Shown: piece after piece, positions 12,931 through 25,539 of the stretch
Layout: each line of letters opens with the position of its first letter
How positions within the stretch are numbered: position 1 is the stretch's first letter
Source of the DNA: Tubiluchus corallicola
Taxonomy: Eukaryota > Animalia > Priapulida
Assembly (NCBI GenBank): GCA_030141605.1
Contig: JAQGDQ010001506.1
Span: forward strand, 1-37,623
Direction of reading: 5' to 3'
DNA: 37,623 nucleotides
Position numbers and translations under genes: made by a program
Notes under the pieces: model-generated
What the model was told of the DNA's origin: nothing
Database searches by the model: none
The model's input: the letters and a program-made list of their open reading frames with translations, nothing else

Positions 12931-15900
12931 TCATTTTCCACGTCTGAAAGTTTGGAGCATTTCTCGAATTTTTTCAATTCTCGTTCTGGATCCGCCGGCT
13001 GAACGGCCACCTTCCGAATCGCGGGTTCCGGAATTGTCGTCTGTACCCTGCAGGTTTGTACGACGCTCGGTCTGAAGCCGGTCTCTCAATTTTTTCAGCC
13101 TCTGTCTTAGTCGAGATGCCGAGTTACCGCTGTCGCCACTGTCAGCTTGTCTTCCGCTTGGCACTTCTCGATTTTTCTCGCCCTCTTCCGTGTTACCGCT
13201 GTCGCCACTGTCAGCTTGTCTTCCACTTGGCACTTCTTGATTTTCTACGCCCTGTTCCGTGTTACCGCTGTCGCCACTGTCAGCTTGTCTTCCACTTGGC
13301 ACTTCTCGATTTTTCTCGCCCTCTTCCGTGTTGCCGCTGTCGCCACTGTCTGCTTGTCTTCCACTTGGCACTTCTCCATTTTCCTCGCCCTCTTCCGTGT
13401 TGCCGCTGTCGCCACTGTCTGCTTGTCTTCCGCTTGGCACTTCTCGATTTTTCTCGCCCTCTTCCGTGTTGCCGCTGTCGCCACTGTCAGCTTGTCTTCC
13501 GCTTGCCACTTCTCGATTTTCCTCGCCCTCTTCCGTGTTGCCACTGTCGCCACTGTCAGCTTGTCTTCCGCTTGGCACTTCTCGATTTTTCTCGCCCTCT
13601 TCCGTGTTGCCGCTGTCGCCACTGTCTGCTTGTTTTCCACTTGGCACTTCTTGATTTTCTGCGCCCTCTTCCGTGTTACCGCTGTCGCCACTGTCTGCTT
13701 GTCTTCCGCTTGGCACTTCTCGATTTTTCTCGCCCTCTTCCGTGTTGCCGCTGTCGCCACTGTCTGCTTGTCTTCCACTTGGCACTTCTCCATTTTCCTC
13801 GCCCTCTTCCGTGTTGCCGCTGTCGCCACTGTCTGCTTGTCTTCCGCTTGGCACTTCTCGATTTTCCGCATCCTCTTCCGTGTTGCCGCTGTCGCCACTG
13901 TCTGCTTGTCTTCCACTTGGCACTTCTCCATTTTCCTCGCCCTCTTCCGTGTTGCCGCTGTCGCCACTGTCTGCTTGTCTTCCACTTGGCACTTCTCGAT
14001 TTTCCGCGCCCTCTTCCGTGTTGCCGCTGTCGCCACTGTCTGCTTGTCTTCCGCTTGGCACTTCACGATTTTCGACGTCCTCTTGCCGCTCGGTCTGAAG
14101 CCGGTCTCTTAATTTCTTCAGCCTCTGTCTTAGTCGAGATGCCGAGTTACCGCTGTTGCCATCGCCATCCCTGGTGTCGCTTTCGCCAGCTGGCAGTCGA
14201 ATGTTGTCCCCAGATGACGTTCGTGTAGATGGAAAACCACCTGAAAAAATGCTCCTGATACTTTGTAAGACGTTTCTACGACGCCCGAAGAACTTCTGAA
14301 CTCTTTCAGGGAGAGAATCCCTGGACCTTGCCTCGTTGTTGCCGCTGTCGCCACTGTCTGCTTGTCTTCCGCTTGGCACTTCCCGATTTTCCGCATCCTC
14401 TTCCATGTTGCCGCTGTCGCCACTGTCTGCTTGTCTTCCGCTTGGCACTTCCCGATTTTCCGCATCCTCTTCCATGTTGCCGCTGTCGCCACTGTCTGCT
14501 TGTCTTCCGCTTGGCACTTCTCGATTTTCCTCGCCCTCTTCCGTGTTGCCACTGTCGCCACTGTCTGCTTGTCTTCCGCTTGGCACTTCTCGATTTTCCT
14601 CGTCCTCTTCCGTGTTGCCGCTGTCGCCACTGTCTGCTTGTCTTCCGCTTGGCACTTCTCGATTTTCCTCGCCCTCTTCCGTGTTGCCACTGTCGCCACT
14701 GTCTGCTTGCCTTCCACTTGGCACTTCTCGATTTTCCGCGTCCTCTTCCGTGTTGCTGTCGCTGTCTGCTTGTCTTCCACTTGGCATTTCTCGATTTTCC
14801 TCGCCCTCTTCCGTGTTGCCGCTGTCGCCACTATCTGCTTGTCTTCCGCTTGGCATTTCTCGATTTTCTGCGCCCTCTTCTGTGTTGCCGCTGTCGCCAC
14901 TGTCTGCTTGTCTTCCGCTTGGCACTTCTCGATTTTCCGCGTCCTCTTCCATGTTGCCGCTGTCGCCACTGTCTGCTTGTCTTCCGCTTGGCACTTCTCG
15001 ATTTTCCGCGTCCTCTTCCGTGTTGCCGCTGTCGCTGTCTGCTTGCCTTCCACTTGGCACTTCTCGATTTTCCCCGTCCTCTTCCGTGTTGCCACTGTCG
15101 CCACTGTCTGCTTGTCTTCCGCTTGGCACTTCTCGGTTTTCCGCGCCCTCTTCCGTGTTGCCGCTGTCTGCTTGTCTTCCACTTGGCATTTCTCCATTTT
15201 CCTCGCCCTCTTCCGTGTTGCCGCTGTCGCCACTATCTGCTTGTCTTCCGCTTGGCATTTCTCGGTTTTCCGCGCCCTCTTCCGTGTTGCCGCTGTCTGC
15301 TTGTCTTCCACTTGGCGCTTCTCGATTTTTCTCGCCCTCTTCCGTTTTTCCGCTGTCGCCACTGTCTGCTTGTCTTCCACTTGGCACTTCTTGATTTTCT
15401 GCGCCCTCTTCCGTGTTGCCACCATCGCTTGCGTCTGCAGATTCTAGACCATTGTTTTGTGCACTTACCTTTATAAGAAAAGGTTTACTCATTAATTCAC
15501 TGTATATGTTTGTATATGGCTTTTAGCTGAAATAAACTGATCAATAAATCAATCAATCAAACAATAATGCCCAGTCGACCAACACATTTCAATCCCAAGT
15601 ATTGAAGGTGTGAGAACATGTGAACTTATTATTAATAAGCCTTTTCGCAGTTCCAACGATTGACGATGATCGTGAAAAGGTCAAAGGTTAAGTGTAGCAA
15701 CAACACATTTGTGTACACTTGACAACGCCTCGTAGCCCATGCTATTATAATACCAACAGTTTTAACAGCTCGCTAGAACCTTACCTAATTCGTTTTTTCT
15801 TATTCCCAAGTAATGCCCTGCTAGTAAATCACTCTACGCACAGACAAATGCATTATTAAGTAAAGTCCACGCAAAACAACTGAAGTTACAGAAGCGATGC

Positions 15901-17677
15901 GGCAGACGGCTTTGCTTTTCTCGCACGTCACGTGACGGTTGTAGCTAGAACACGTTGCTGTGGGACACTAACCTTTGACCTCTACAGCAACTGCGCGTGC
16001 GCACAACAAAACTTATTTGACATTGTCTTAGAAAATCACTTTACCTGCGAGGGTACCCATACTGACATAAATTGCAAAGAATAGATTTCAAAAGTTTAAA
16101 AATCAGAAGTTATTATTGTATATCTGATGGACCAACAAAGTTTCCATATTGTGCAGGTGTTGCAAATTCACTATCGAGATCATATGCTACTGCAGCAGTT
16201 GGTGTTTTAGTGCAGTTTATTGTTACACACACTTTATAGGTCTATAGGCTAAGTTATATAAAATGAAGCAATTGTTGCATAACTTGTGTACACCTCTGTA
16301 CTCTAGAAAAGGTACAGCAGCGAATCAAATGCGCCCTGGGCTGTAATTTGCACGATTTACAACAGACATCAAAACAGTTGATACATCGATTTGACTGTAG
16401 ATGAAGTTTTGAATGTTGATTTGACTGTAGATGAAGTTTTGATTGTTGATTTGACTGTAGATGAAGTTTTGAATGTTGATTTGACTGTAGATGAAGTTTT
16501 GATTGTTGATTTGACTGTAGATGAAGTTTTGATTGTTGATTTAACTGTAGATGATGTTTTGATTGTTGATTTGACTGTAGGTGAAGTTTTGAATGTCGAT
16601 TTGACTGTAGATGAAGTTTTGATTGTTGATTTGACTGTAGATGAAGTTTTGATTGTTGATTTGACTGTAGGTGAAGTTTTGATTGTTGATTTAACTGTAG
16701 ATGAAGTTTTAAATGTTGATTTGACTGTAGATGAAGTTTTGAATGTTTATTTGACTGTAGGTGAAGTTTTCATTGTTGATCTGACTGTAGGTGAAGTTTT
16801 GATTGTTGATTTGACTGTAGGTGAAGTTTTCATTGTTGATCTGACTGTAGATGGAGTTTTGATTGTTGATTTGACTGTAGATGAATAATTGATTGTTGAT
16901 TTGACTGTAGATAAATAATTGATTGTTGATTTGACTGTAGATGAAGTTTTGGCACCTCTGTACTCTAGAAAAGGTACAGCAGTGAATCAAATGCGCCCCG
17001 GGCTGCAATTTGCACGAGTAAAGATTTTGAAGTTTATTTTTTGCTCGTAAGATCAAGCAACACGATTCGAAAATATTCAATGTTCACACAGCAATTGAAT
17101 AATTATTGTTCAATAATATCGTCAGATATACTTACTAAAATCGATCCAATTAAAAGCAACATTCCAATCACTATAAAAAAGCAAAGCTGATGTTTAGCAA
17201 GTTTTCACTCGAACAGCAAGCTATTTCAAATTATGTAATTTGAATGGCACGTATTTTCAGTTTTCTATTTTGACTAATTATTTTAAAACTAAGTCCTGTT
17301 AGTAGTTGTGCATAATTTTGCATACATTCCTATTTAAAAACTGTCCTAGTCTTATTATTTAACATTCTTATTTAATAATTTATAATTATGATTATTAAAA
17401 AGCATAATAGATTAAAATAAGATAAAAACACAGCATTTAAACTTTTTATTGACAAAGTTTTGTACGAAAAGTTGCAAATTAATGCACTTAATTTTGCGAA
17501 ATTGAGAACTGTGTCTTGTTTTTTTGCAAAATGTTTTGTCCCAGTTGTCTTAAACTCCGCATACAGCATTGATTTTTGATGCTACTTCAAGGTCATCATA
17601 TCCATATTTATTGGAATTGCGCGTTAAATTGCTATCAACTTAAACGATCTCTTACCTTTCACCAATCCTGTCTTCAT
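12931..17677 (-). CDS. Uncharacterised secreted protein (864 aa): signal peptide, about 30 acidic 23-aa repeats and cationic amphipathic segments; candidate peptide precursor or acidic matrix protein
   Basis: Exon 1 17677-17656 (ATG...AAA G|GTAAGA), exon 2 17170-17136 (TTTATAG|TG ATT...TTA|GTAAGT) and exon 3 15468-12931 (ATAAAG|GTA AGT GCA CAA) join in frame to MKTGLVKVIGMLLLIGSILVSA-QNNGLES..., a textbook signal peptide. The 2.5-kb exon 3 stays open through repeat and unique parts, all unit-length changes are multiples of 3, and it ends FRRGK followed by TGA TGA TGA. Confidence 0.85.
13125..15420 (-). repeat. Coding 69-bp minisatellite, two blocks (about 16 and about 14 units)
   Basis: Unit encodes GNTEEGEENREVPSGRQADSGDS. 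Blocks at about 15420-14337 and 14085-13125 are separated by unique sequence. Confidence 0.95.
15634..16012. mobile_element. MITE (~380 bp), PIF/Harbinger-like, in intron 2 of the repeat-protein gene
   Basis: Left TIR AATAAGCCTTTTCGCAGTT is complementary to the right TIR AACTGCGAAAAGGCTTATT of the copy at 23128-23147. Inverted subterminal GGTCAAAGGTTA / TAACCTTTGACC. Superfamily inferred from the TAA/TTA flanks. Confidence 0.75.
16388..16951. repeat. 30-bp minisatellite (~19 units) bracketed by 65-bp direct repeats
   Basis: Unit GATTTGACTGTAGATGAAGTTTTGATTGTT; direct repeats at 16291-16355 and 16953-17017. Confidence 0.93.
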
Positions 17678-18171
17678 GTTGATTTGCTGAAACTTATTGC
17701 AGCAACCAGCTCAAGACTCTTAAACCAAAGCACTGAATTAAAATGACTCAGAAATGCACATGAAATGGTTATTTGACACAGTTTGCAAACCGTTGAAACG
17801 CGGTAAATGACGTTTTGATGATGGCAACACTAGACAGATTATTAAAACTCATTAATTTAAAGTACAAGACAACCCTCCGCTTACATTTCATTTCTAATAT
17901 TTTAATAGGTGTTTTTAATAAGCTCCAGGCTATAAGTTAGTAGTGCGGTAGACTTTAATTTTAATATTCAATTTTAATCGAGAATATCAATCAACCCGAA
18001 CAATTTTATCGTCTTTTATTTTAGTACTGATGTATTGAGTTCGCCAATAGAGGCGTAATAAAAGTTTATTCGTCATTATCAAAATTCGTAGTCTCGATGT
18101 TGTATAACTGTTCTGATTTCATTTGTAGCTGGTCTGTCAAGAGTCTCGTCCCGCCTGAACCGTTGCTGGTG

Positions 18172-18705
<534 letters not shown>

Positions 18706-18798
18706 CCGTTAATTTGCGTGTAGACATAACAAATGTTCTTCGTAGAACATGTTTATGATTAGTTTTTCTGTGTTTATACACTATAATAAACGATTTAC

Positions 18799-18894
18799 CT
18801 TATCTGGTGGAACAGCACACATCTCAGGTAATAATTTCATTCCACTATCTGATACAATAACCAGTTCTTCCAAAGCTTCAAAATATTCTTCAGC
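18799..18894 (-). pseudogene. Isolated 96-nt exon resembling phosphorylase b kinase regulatory subunit alpha (PHKA); orphan or decayed copy, or an exon of a very large host gene
   Basis: TTTTAATACTTCAG|GCT...GAT AAG|GTAAAT, phase 0/0, encodes AEEYFEALEELVIVSDSGMKLLPEMCAVPPDK. This aligns without gaps to the PHKA segment I recall ([32 protein letters not shown]). No other PHKA exon was recognised in the window. Confidence 0.7.
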
Positions 18895-19204
18895 CTGAAG
18901 TATTAAAACAAAATTAATTTCTGACCGAAGTGAAGCTTGAAATCAGAACCTTGAATGTAGAATGCAGAACTATGATATTTTGAAACATTTCTCAAAATTA
19001 TCACAGAAACTAATGCTAGGCATGCTGAGCTACAAATGATAATTTACGGTTATACCAAAATGTAAATCGCAACTGTTCGCAACTCAAGACTTGAAAGACA
19101 AGAAAAGCGGCACCTGAAGTATTATAATAATTGAAGCCAGTGATGTAGCGTTCTGTCTAAGGAAACCAGTACCATGGATGGGTGGGAAGGAGAAAGCAGG
19201 GAAA

Positions 19205-19812
<608 letters not shown>

Positions 19813-19814
19813 GA

Positions 19815-20400
19815 TTATTATTATTATTATTATAATTCTTTATTTAAAATTTAAAATTGTACGCATATACAAATATTTACATAAAATACATACAGGGACC
19901 CTCTATTTGCAGGGTATGGTTAAAAAAAAACTTTGTAATTAAAATAGCTGTTATATTCGCAAGACTTCTAAATACCAATAAATCAATATACCAATAAAAG
20001 AACAACTAAAATCATAATAGTACCAATTTACACAAATTTACACAAAACGACCTGTATAATATAAAAGTGACAGATATAATATAAAAGTTCAATATTTTAT
20101 ACTAAAGTTTGTAAAAACGTATCACAAACTAACTCAGTGAAAGCATTTAGCAGGTTTTTGTCTCGAGAGGTATAAATTTTACTAATGTTTTGAAATTGTA
20201 GGCTATTTGCGAGCGCAAATCTTTTATTTTCGTCTACCAAAGTACAATTAAAAAGCAAATGTTCAACTGTTTGTGCTTCCTCTGAGCATATACAGGCATT
20301 TTCGTGTATATATCCAATTTTAAAAAGAAAATCTTTAAAGTTGCCTTGTCCTAATAAAATGCTACAAGATAGTTTTTCTAGCCTTCTGCTACTTGTTTGT
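19815..20400 (-). mobile_element. 3' end of an I-group-like (I/R1/Nimb-type) LINE with C-terminal zinc knuckle and (TAA)n tail
   Basis: The minus strand encodes ILLGQGNFKDFLFKIGYIHENACICSEEAQTVEHLLFNC (CxCx8Hx4C) ... FLQTLV*, then a UTR, AATAAA and (TAA)n. Confidence 0.75.
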
Positions 20401-21378
20401 AGCCAAACTGTTAGCGTGGAAATGTATGTCAGTCTTGCAAAATTTTAGACCGACTAACTAACCATTTGCAACCAATCATAATTGTGCTAGAGTTTCGTTA
20501 AAGGAAAGATCAAGTCACTCAGTATGTTGGGTTTATTTTAATATTATCACTTAAACTTAGAAAAATATAACAAAGAAATTTGCAAAAAATCTTTCTGTAA
20601 AGTATTAATTTAAAATATACTGCCTCTGAACAGAAATTTTAAGGCTTGGTGGTTGCCACCATTTACTTGAAAATCATGACGTAACTGGAAGACTTCGTGA
20701 ATTTTCGTAAGCTCGTCGTGGCTTTCCGTAATCGCCCGCTGCTTAAACTAATTCAAATTTCTGCAGTTTACCTAAGGTTCACGCAAATATACTACAAAAT
20801 TAACAATCCAATTTTTTGTTAAAACTTTGTTGTAGTTTTGGTGAAGATAAACAGTACTCCACTTTTCTTCAAGACGAATGACGTCATTGGGAAAAGAATG
20901 CGTTCAAACAGGGGGAGAGCCAAAGCTTGAAGTGATCACGACTTTAAAATGACTCTTATTGCTGTATTATTACTATATCTACTCTATATCTACTATTATT
21001 ACTACATTTTGCTAATGAATCACTTTGCCCCCTACCCTCCCCATCGTTAATGGTTATGATGGCTACATTACTACCATCAATTATATTTAAATGTTCTATA
21101 CATTTATAGTTATTACTACAAGTATACTGTATAATTTAATCTCTTCTCCCCCACTTAAATTTGGGTACATATGTGTATATGTAAGTCATTGTATATACAA
21201 GTAAGCAATATGGTGCATTGTAATGCAAACCAGTGGTGCATTGACAGATAATCACATAATTCATATTCGTAACTATTTAAAAAAAATTCACTCTTTAAGG
21301 CTCACTCAAAGTCGTAATTACATATTATGTTTTCCTTTCTCAACTTTCAGGTTTATTGCTCTTATACCATTGCTATTG

Positions 21379-21653
21379 TTACATCATTTACTTCATCCTT
21401 ATTTACATTAAGTTATCTACAGAAGCATGCATAACTATAATCATTTTTTCATTTAAGTAAGGTGAGTGTGTTAATGACCGTATGGTTGTACACTCACCTC
21501 GCACTACTCAAATTATTACATCATTTACTTCATCCTTATTTACATTAAGTTATCTACAGAAGTATGCATAACTATAATCATTTTTTCATTTAAGTTAGGT
21601 GAGTGTGTTAATGACGGTATGGTCGTACACTCACCTCGCACTACTCAAATTAT
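21379..21653. repeat. Tandem duplication of about 137 bp containing a stem-loop, probably a LINE 3' UTR
   Basis: Two near-identical copies, each with a GGTGAGTGT...ACACTCACC hairpin; GAAATAAA follows at about 21702. Confidence 0.8.
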
Positions 21654-22760
21654 TTTATTTAAAGTTTATTAATGTGTTTGATATTGTATTTCTTGATGTG
21701 TGAAATAAAATTCGTAGTTCATATCCTTCTGACATTTTTCACAAACATTGAAATACGTTTAACGTCCTAGAAGGCTTGATCTTTCCTTTAAAGCAATAAA
21801 GTTTTGATGAAGAAGTCATCTAGACTAGATAATGTCAGGATATAAGAACTAACTTCCAAAAACAATGTACTTCTGGATGTGACGACTAGACTCTACACGT
21901 TTGAACAATGCATTAAAGGAAAACTGGATGATTGCGTCAACTTTAGTTCGGAATAAAGATTGCGCTAAATATTAATTACATGTGTTTGCGTAGCGCTTCT
22001 ATTTAAGCAGGATGCGCAATTGCTTGTTGTGTAATATGTTGCACCTGTTCGTTAAGAGGCACTTATATAGAAACTATGCCAAGTAATCTGCCTGTGGTGT
22101 GTTACAAAGAGTACCCTTTACATGAATGTGAAAGTATACACATTTGCTGAGGAGAATAAGAATTCTTTTTAAATGTGACGCACCTGAAACTTTGATGCTC
22201 TAGGCTGTAGCTTAGTTAGTCTGTTAGTCAAAGGAAAACCGGATGAATGTGTAAACACGAGTTCAGAATAAAGAATGGTCTAAAATATTGAAAACTACAA
22301 AAGCTTTTTTAAATCAAAGCTTAGATTAAATAATAATTACCTCGGATACACAAATTTCGTTAAACTTTCAAAGCTTCGCGCGGCCAGTGAATCTACTAAG
22401 ATTGGCAACGGCGCATTTTTGTAACATGCACGTGGCCGACAAATAGAAGACGGTGCCGTGATAACCGTGATCATGAACTGCAGTGTTAGTTTCTGACGTC
22501 ATATGACGTACAGCCCATTTTTTGTGACATCACGCGTTTAAGCAGTAACACTAACGTAAATGTGCTTGACGCGCAAGAGAAGACGCCTGCCATTGCACAA
22601 ACTGTGGTTAGTTTCTGACGTAAGCAAAGCGTTTTCAATCCTGTTATTTCCTTATTAACTTCTTTTCTACGTTTTTTTACATTGGAATTAGAGGATGAAG
22701 TGAATGTACCATCTACAGAATGAGAGTAGGAGTAGGTGGCAGCACCGTGCGTGCGAGTTA

Positions 22761-23147
22761 TTAAACTTTTTCATCATTTCAGCGATTGATGATGATCGCT
22801 AAAAGGTCAAAGGTTAAATGTACCAGACCACGCATTTGTGTACACTTGACAACGCCTCGCAGCTCATGCTATTGTAATAGTAACAGTTTTAACAGCTAGC
22901 TAGACGCTTAGTTAGTTCATTTTTCTTGTTCCCAAGCAAGATCCTGCTAGTAAATCACTCTAATGCGTACAGACTAATGCATAATTAAGTAAAATCCATA
23001 TAAAACAACTGAAGTTGCTAAAGCAGCCGGGTTAGCCTTACCCACATGTCACGTGACTGTTATACTAAGACGCTTTGCTGTGGTACACTTGACCTTTGAC
23101 CTACAGCAAGTGCGCGTGCGCAAAACGAAACTGCGAAAAGGCTTATT
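22761..23147. mobile_element. MITE, same family as 15634-16012
   Basis: Colinear similarity throughout, with an intact right TIR GAAACTGCGAAAAGGCTTATT. Confidence 0.78.
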
Positions 23148-23914
23148 AGGACAAAGGTGACGTGGATATTACTGATAATGCTAATTATGACAGTAAAGGC
23201 AAAAAACTAAATTCAATACAACAACAACAATCCAGAAACTGACAAGCTACACTTAGGAATGAAATCCATACGTCTGCACTCACTAGGGCGCTGGTTGTTG
23301 AGTTTCTAATTATTATTTAACTCGAATAAAACCGGACAGAAAAATACAAAATACAATATATTGACCGCTAGCGAGTCATTCAGCTAAACAGTCTGGTAAA
23401 CTAAACATTTTTTAAACGTTTTTATTTTTATTTTTATTTCTAATTTCGTTGCACACCACGCCTCAAACTGTTCACATTGCACTAATTCATGAAATATATA
23501 GACGGTCTAACGTTTCCATACCTTTTTACATACACATTCTCATATCAATTTTCAATTAAACAGAGGAGTATCATTCAATTCAAGTACGCTTGCTTCTACT
23601 ATTAATTCCGCCGCCTCACACCCGCCACCCATCCAATCTTCTTACAACTTGCTATATCTTCATACCTTCCTTGTCTCTGCTATGTGATTTGGCATCCTCG
23701 TACAGCACGCTGTATCATTCTGAACTGTATTCCTTAACTGCTCTGGGATTTTGCAAAATATTCAGTGTTAAGAATGGCCAAATTCAGGTGCTGTGAAAAG
23801 AATTGTAAGTTTGAGGATTGTGAAGGCAAGACACAGCAGAGATGCTTCTTTTTTGGATTAATCGGTAAAAAAGCTTTTTACAATAGAAGTTAAAATTTAT
23901 GGTAAAATGGATTG

Positions 23915-24010
<96 letters not shown>

Positions 24011-24300
24011 CAGATAGACAGATAGACAGACAGACCGACCGACAGACAGACAGACAGACAGACACAGATAGACAGACAGACAACAACGAGAGACAAAAAA
24101 CAACACACGACAGAGACAGACAGACACAGACAGACGACGACACTGAGACTACTGACTGACTGACTGACTGACTGACTGACTGACTGACTGACTGACTGAC
24201 TGACAGACAGACAGACAGACTGACTGACCGACTGACTGACTGACTGACTGACAGAAAGATAGATAGACAAACAAACAGACAGAGACAGACAAACAGACAG
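23915..24300. repeat. Compound (CAGA)n/(CTGA)n microsatellite
   Basis: Direct inspection. Confidence 0.95.
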
Positions 24301-24304
24301 GCAG

Positions 24305-25020
24305 ATTGACATTTTTAATAAATTTGCTAAAGAATATGATATCCTTGTAAATGTGAATAAGACTAAACTTGTCACGTTTCGCTCTGCCCACATGCAGCAG
24401 TTTACTTTTGGGTCTGTTGTTTTGCAGTGTAAAAGTTTTGTACCTAGTAAAATGGAAAAATATCTGGGTCATATTTTATCAGATGACAATAGAGATGATT
24501 TAAATATATTACGACAATGTTCAATTTACTATGGTAGAGCAAATAAAATACTCTAAATTACTCATGACATTTACTCACTGTTTAGTTAACGTGAAGAGAC
24601 GATTGTTTAATGCTTGCTGCACTACTTTTTATTGTATGTCCACTTGGAGACATTTTTATTCTTACAATCTTAGCAAACTCAAGATTGCATATGATGTATC
24701 AACACGGAAGCTGTTTAACTTTTCATATGATACGAGCGCCAGATATATTTCTACTAGACTTAATATTATTTATTTTGATGTTATTCACAGAAAATGTGCA
24801 TACAGTTTATACGTCAAGCTGAATAACAGTGAAAATTTTATATGCAAAAACATTTTAAACAGTGACGTAAACTTTACTTCTGTAATTAGACGTCATTGGC
24901 GTAGTTTGTTATATCGTTAATTGTTATTTGTGTTATTGTTGTGCGTCATGATTTATTGTATTATTTGTATTAATTTGTGATGTGTATATGAACTTTGTAA
25001 AGTTTGAAATAAAATATTAA
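24305..25020 (+). mobile_element. Decayed non-LTR retrotransposon 3' portion (post-RT region)
   Basis: NKTKLVTF...EKYLGHILSDDNRDDLNILRQ...YGRANKIL, then VKRRLFNACCTTFYCMSTW...KLKIAY, with a stop/frameshift between. Ends in a TG-rich UTR and GAAATAAA. Confidence 0.8.
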
Positions 25021-25030
25021 ATCATAAAAA

Positions 25031-25097
25031 ATAGACAGACAGACAGAGACAGACAGACAGACACAGATAGACAGATAGACAGACAGACCGACCGACC

Positions 25098-25152
<55 letters not shown>

Positions 25153-25268
25153 TGACTGACTGACTGACTGACTGACTGACTGACTGACTGACTGACTGAC
25201 TGACTGACTGACTGACTGACTGACTGACTGACTGACTGACAGATAGACAGACCAACAGACAGATAGAC
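25031..25268. repeat. Compound (CAGA)n/(CTGA)n microsatellite
   Basis: Direct inspection. Confidence 0.95.
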
Positions 25269-25539
25269 ACACAAGATTTCGTCGCTGTTTTGACAAAATT
25301 AAGTACGTATGTATAATAATGAGTAATATATACGGCCGACACCAGAAGCAAACCATGATTGGACACTGTTGAGCTGCAGGACAACATGGTGCATCCACGC
25401 TTGATTAGTTGTGTCACAGTAATATTACGCGTAGCAAAAGCCTTTGTAGTTTCTGTTGCAATATCAATATGAAAACATTAAACTGTTGTATCACACCAGA
25501 GCTTGTACAGCTGTGTGTTTGCTTTTAAATATCTACTAA

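Noticed and set aside
13056-15476. Long Cys-rich, hydrophobic and Lys/Arg-rich ORFs in the other frames of the 69-bp repeat
   Set aside because: The unit length is a multiple of 3, so stop-free frames propagate. These ORFs break in or near the unique segments and lack signal exons; only the acidic frame is continuous and supported by synonymous changes.
15469-15492. ORF-track start MSKPFLIK for the 853-aa ORF
   Set aside because: It is intron sequence ending in the acceptor; the spliced upstream micro-exons give a proper signal peptide.
16045-16150. Possible extra exon ending at donor CAG|GTAAAG (~16044)
   Set aside because: No convincing acceptor or frame, and inclusion would interrupt the signal peptide formed by exons 2 and 3.
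16391-16888. 165-aa (TVDEVLIVDL)n ORF
   Set aside because: Open frame of a 30-bp minisatellite with a non-ATG start, lying antisense within an intron.
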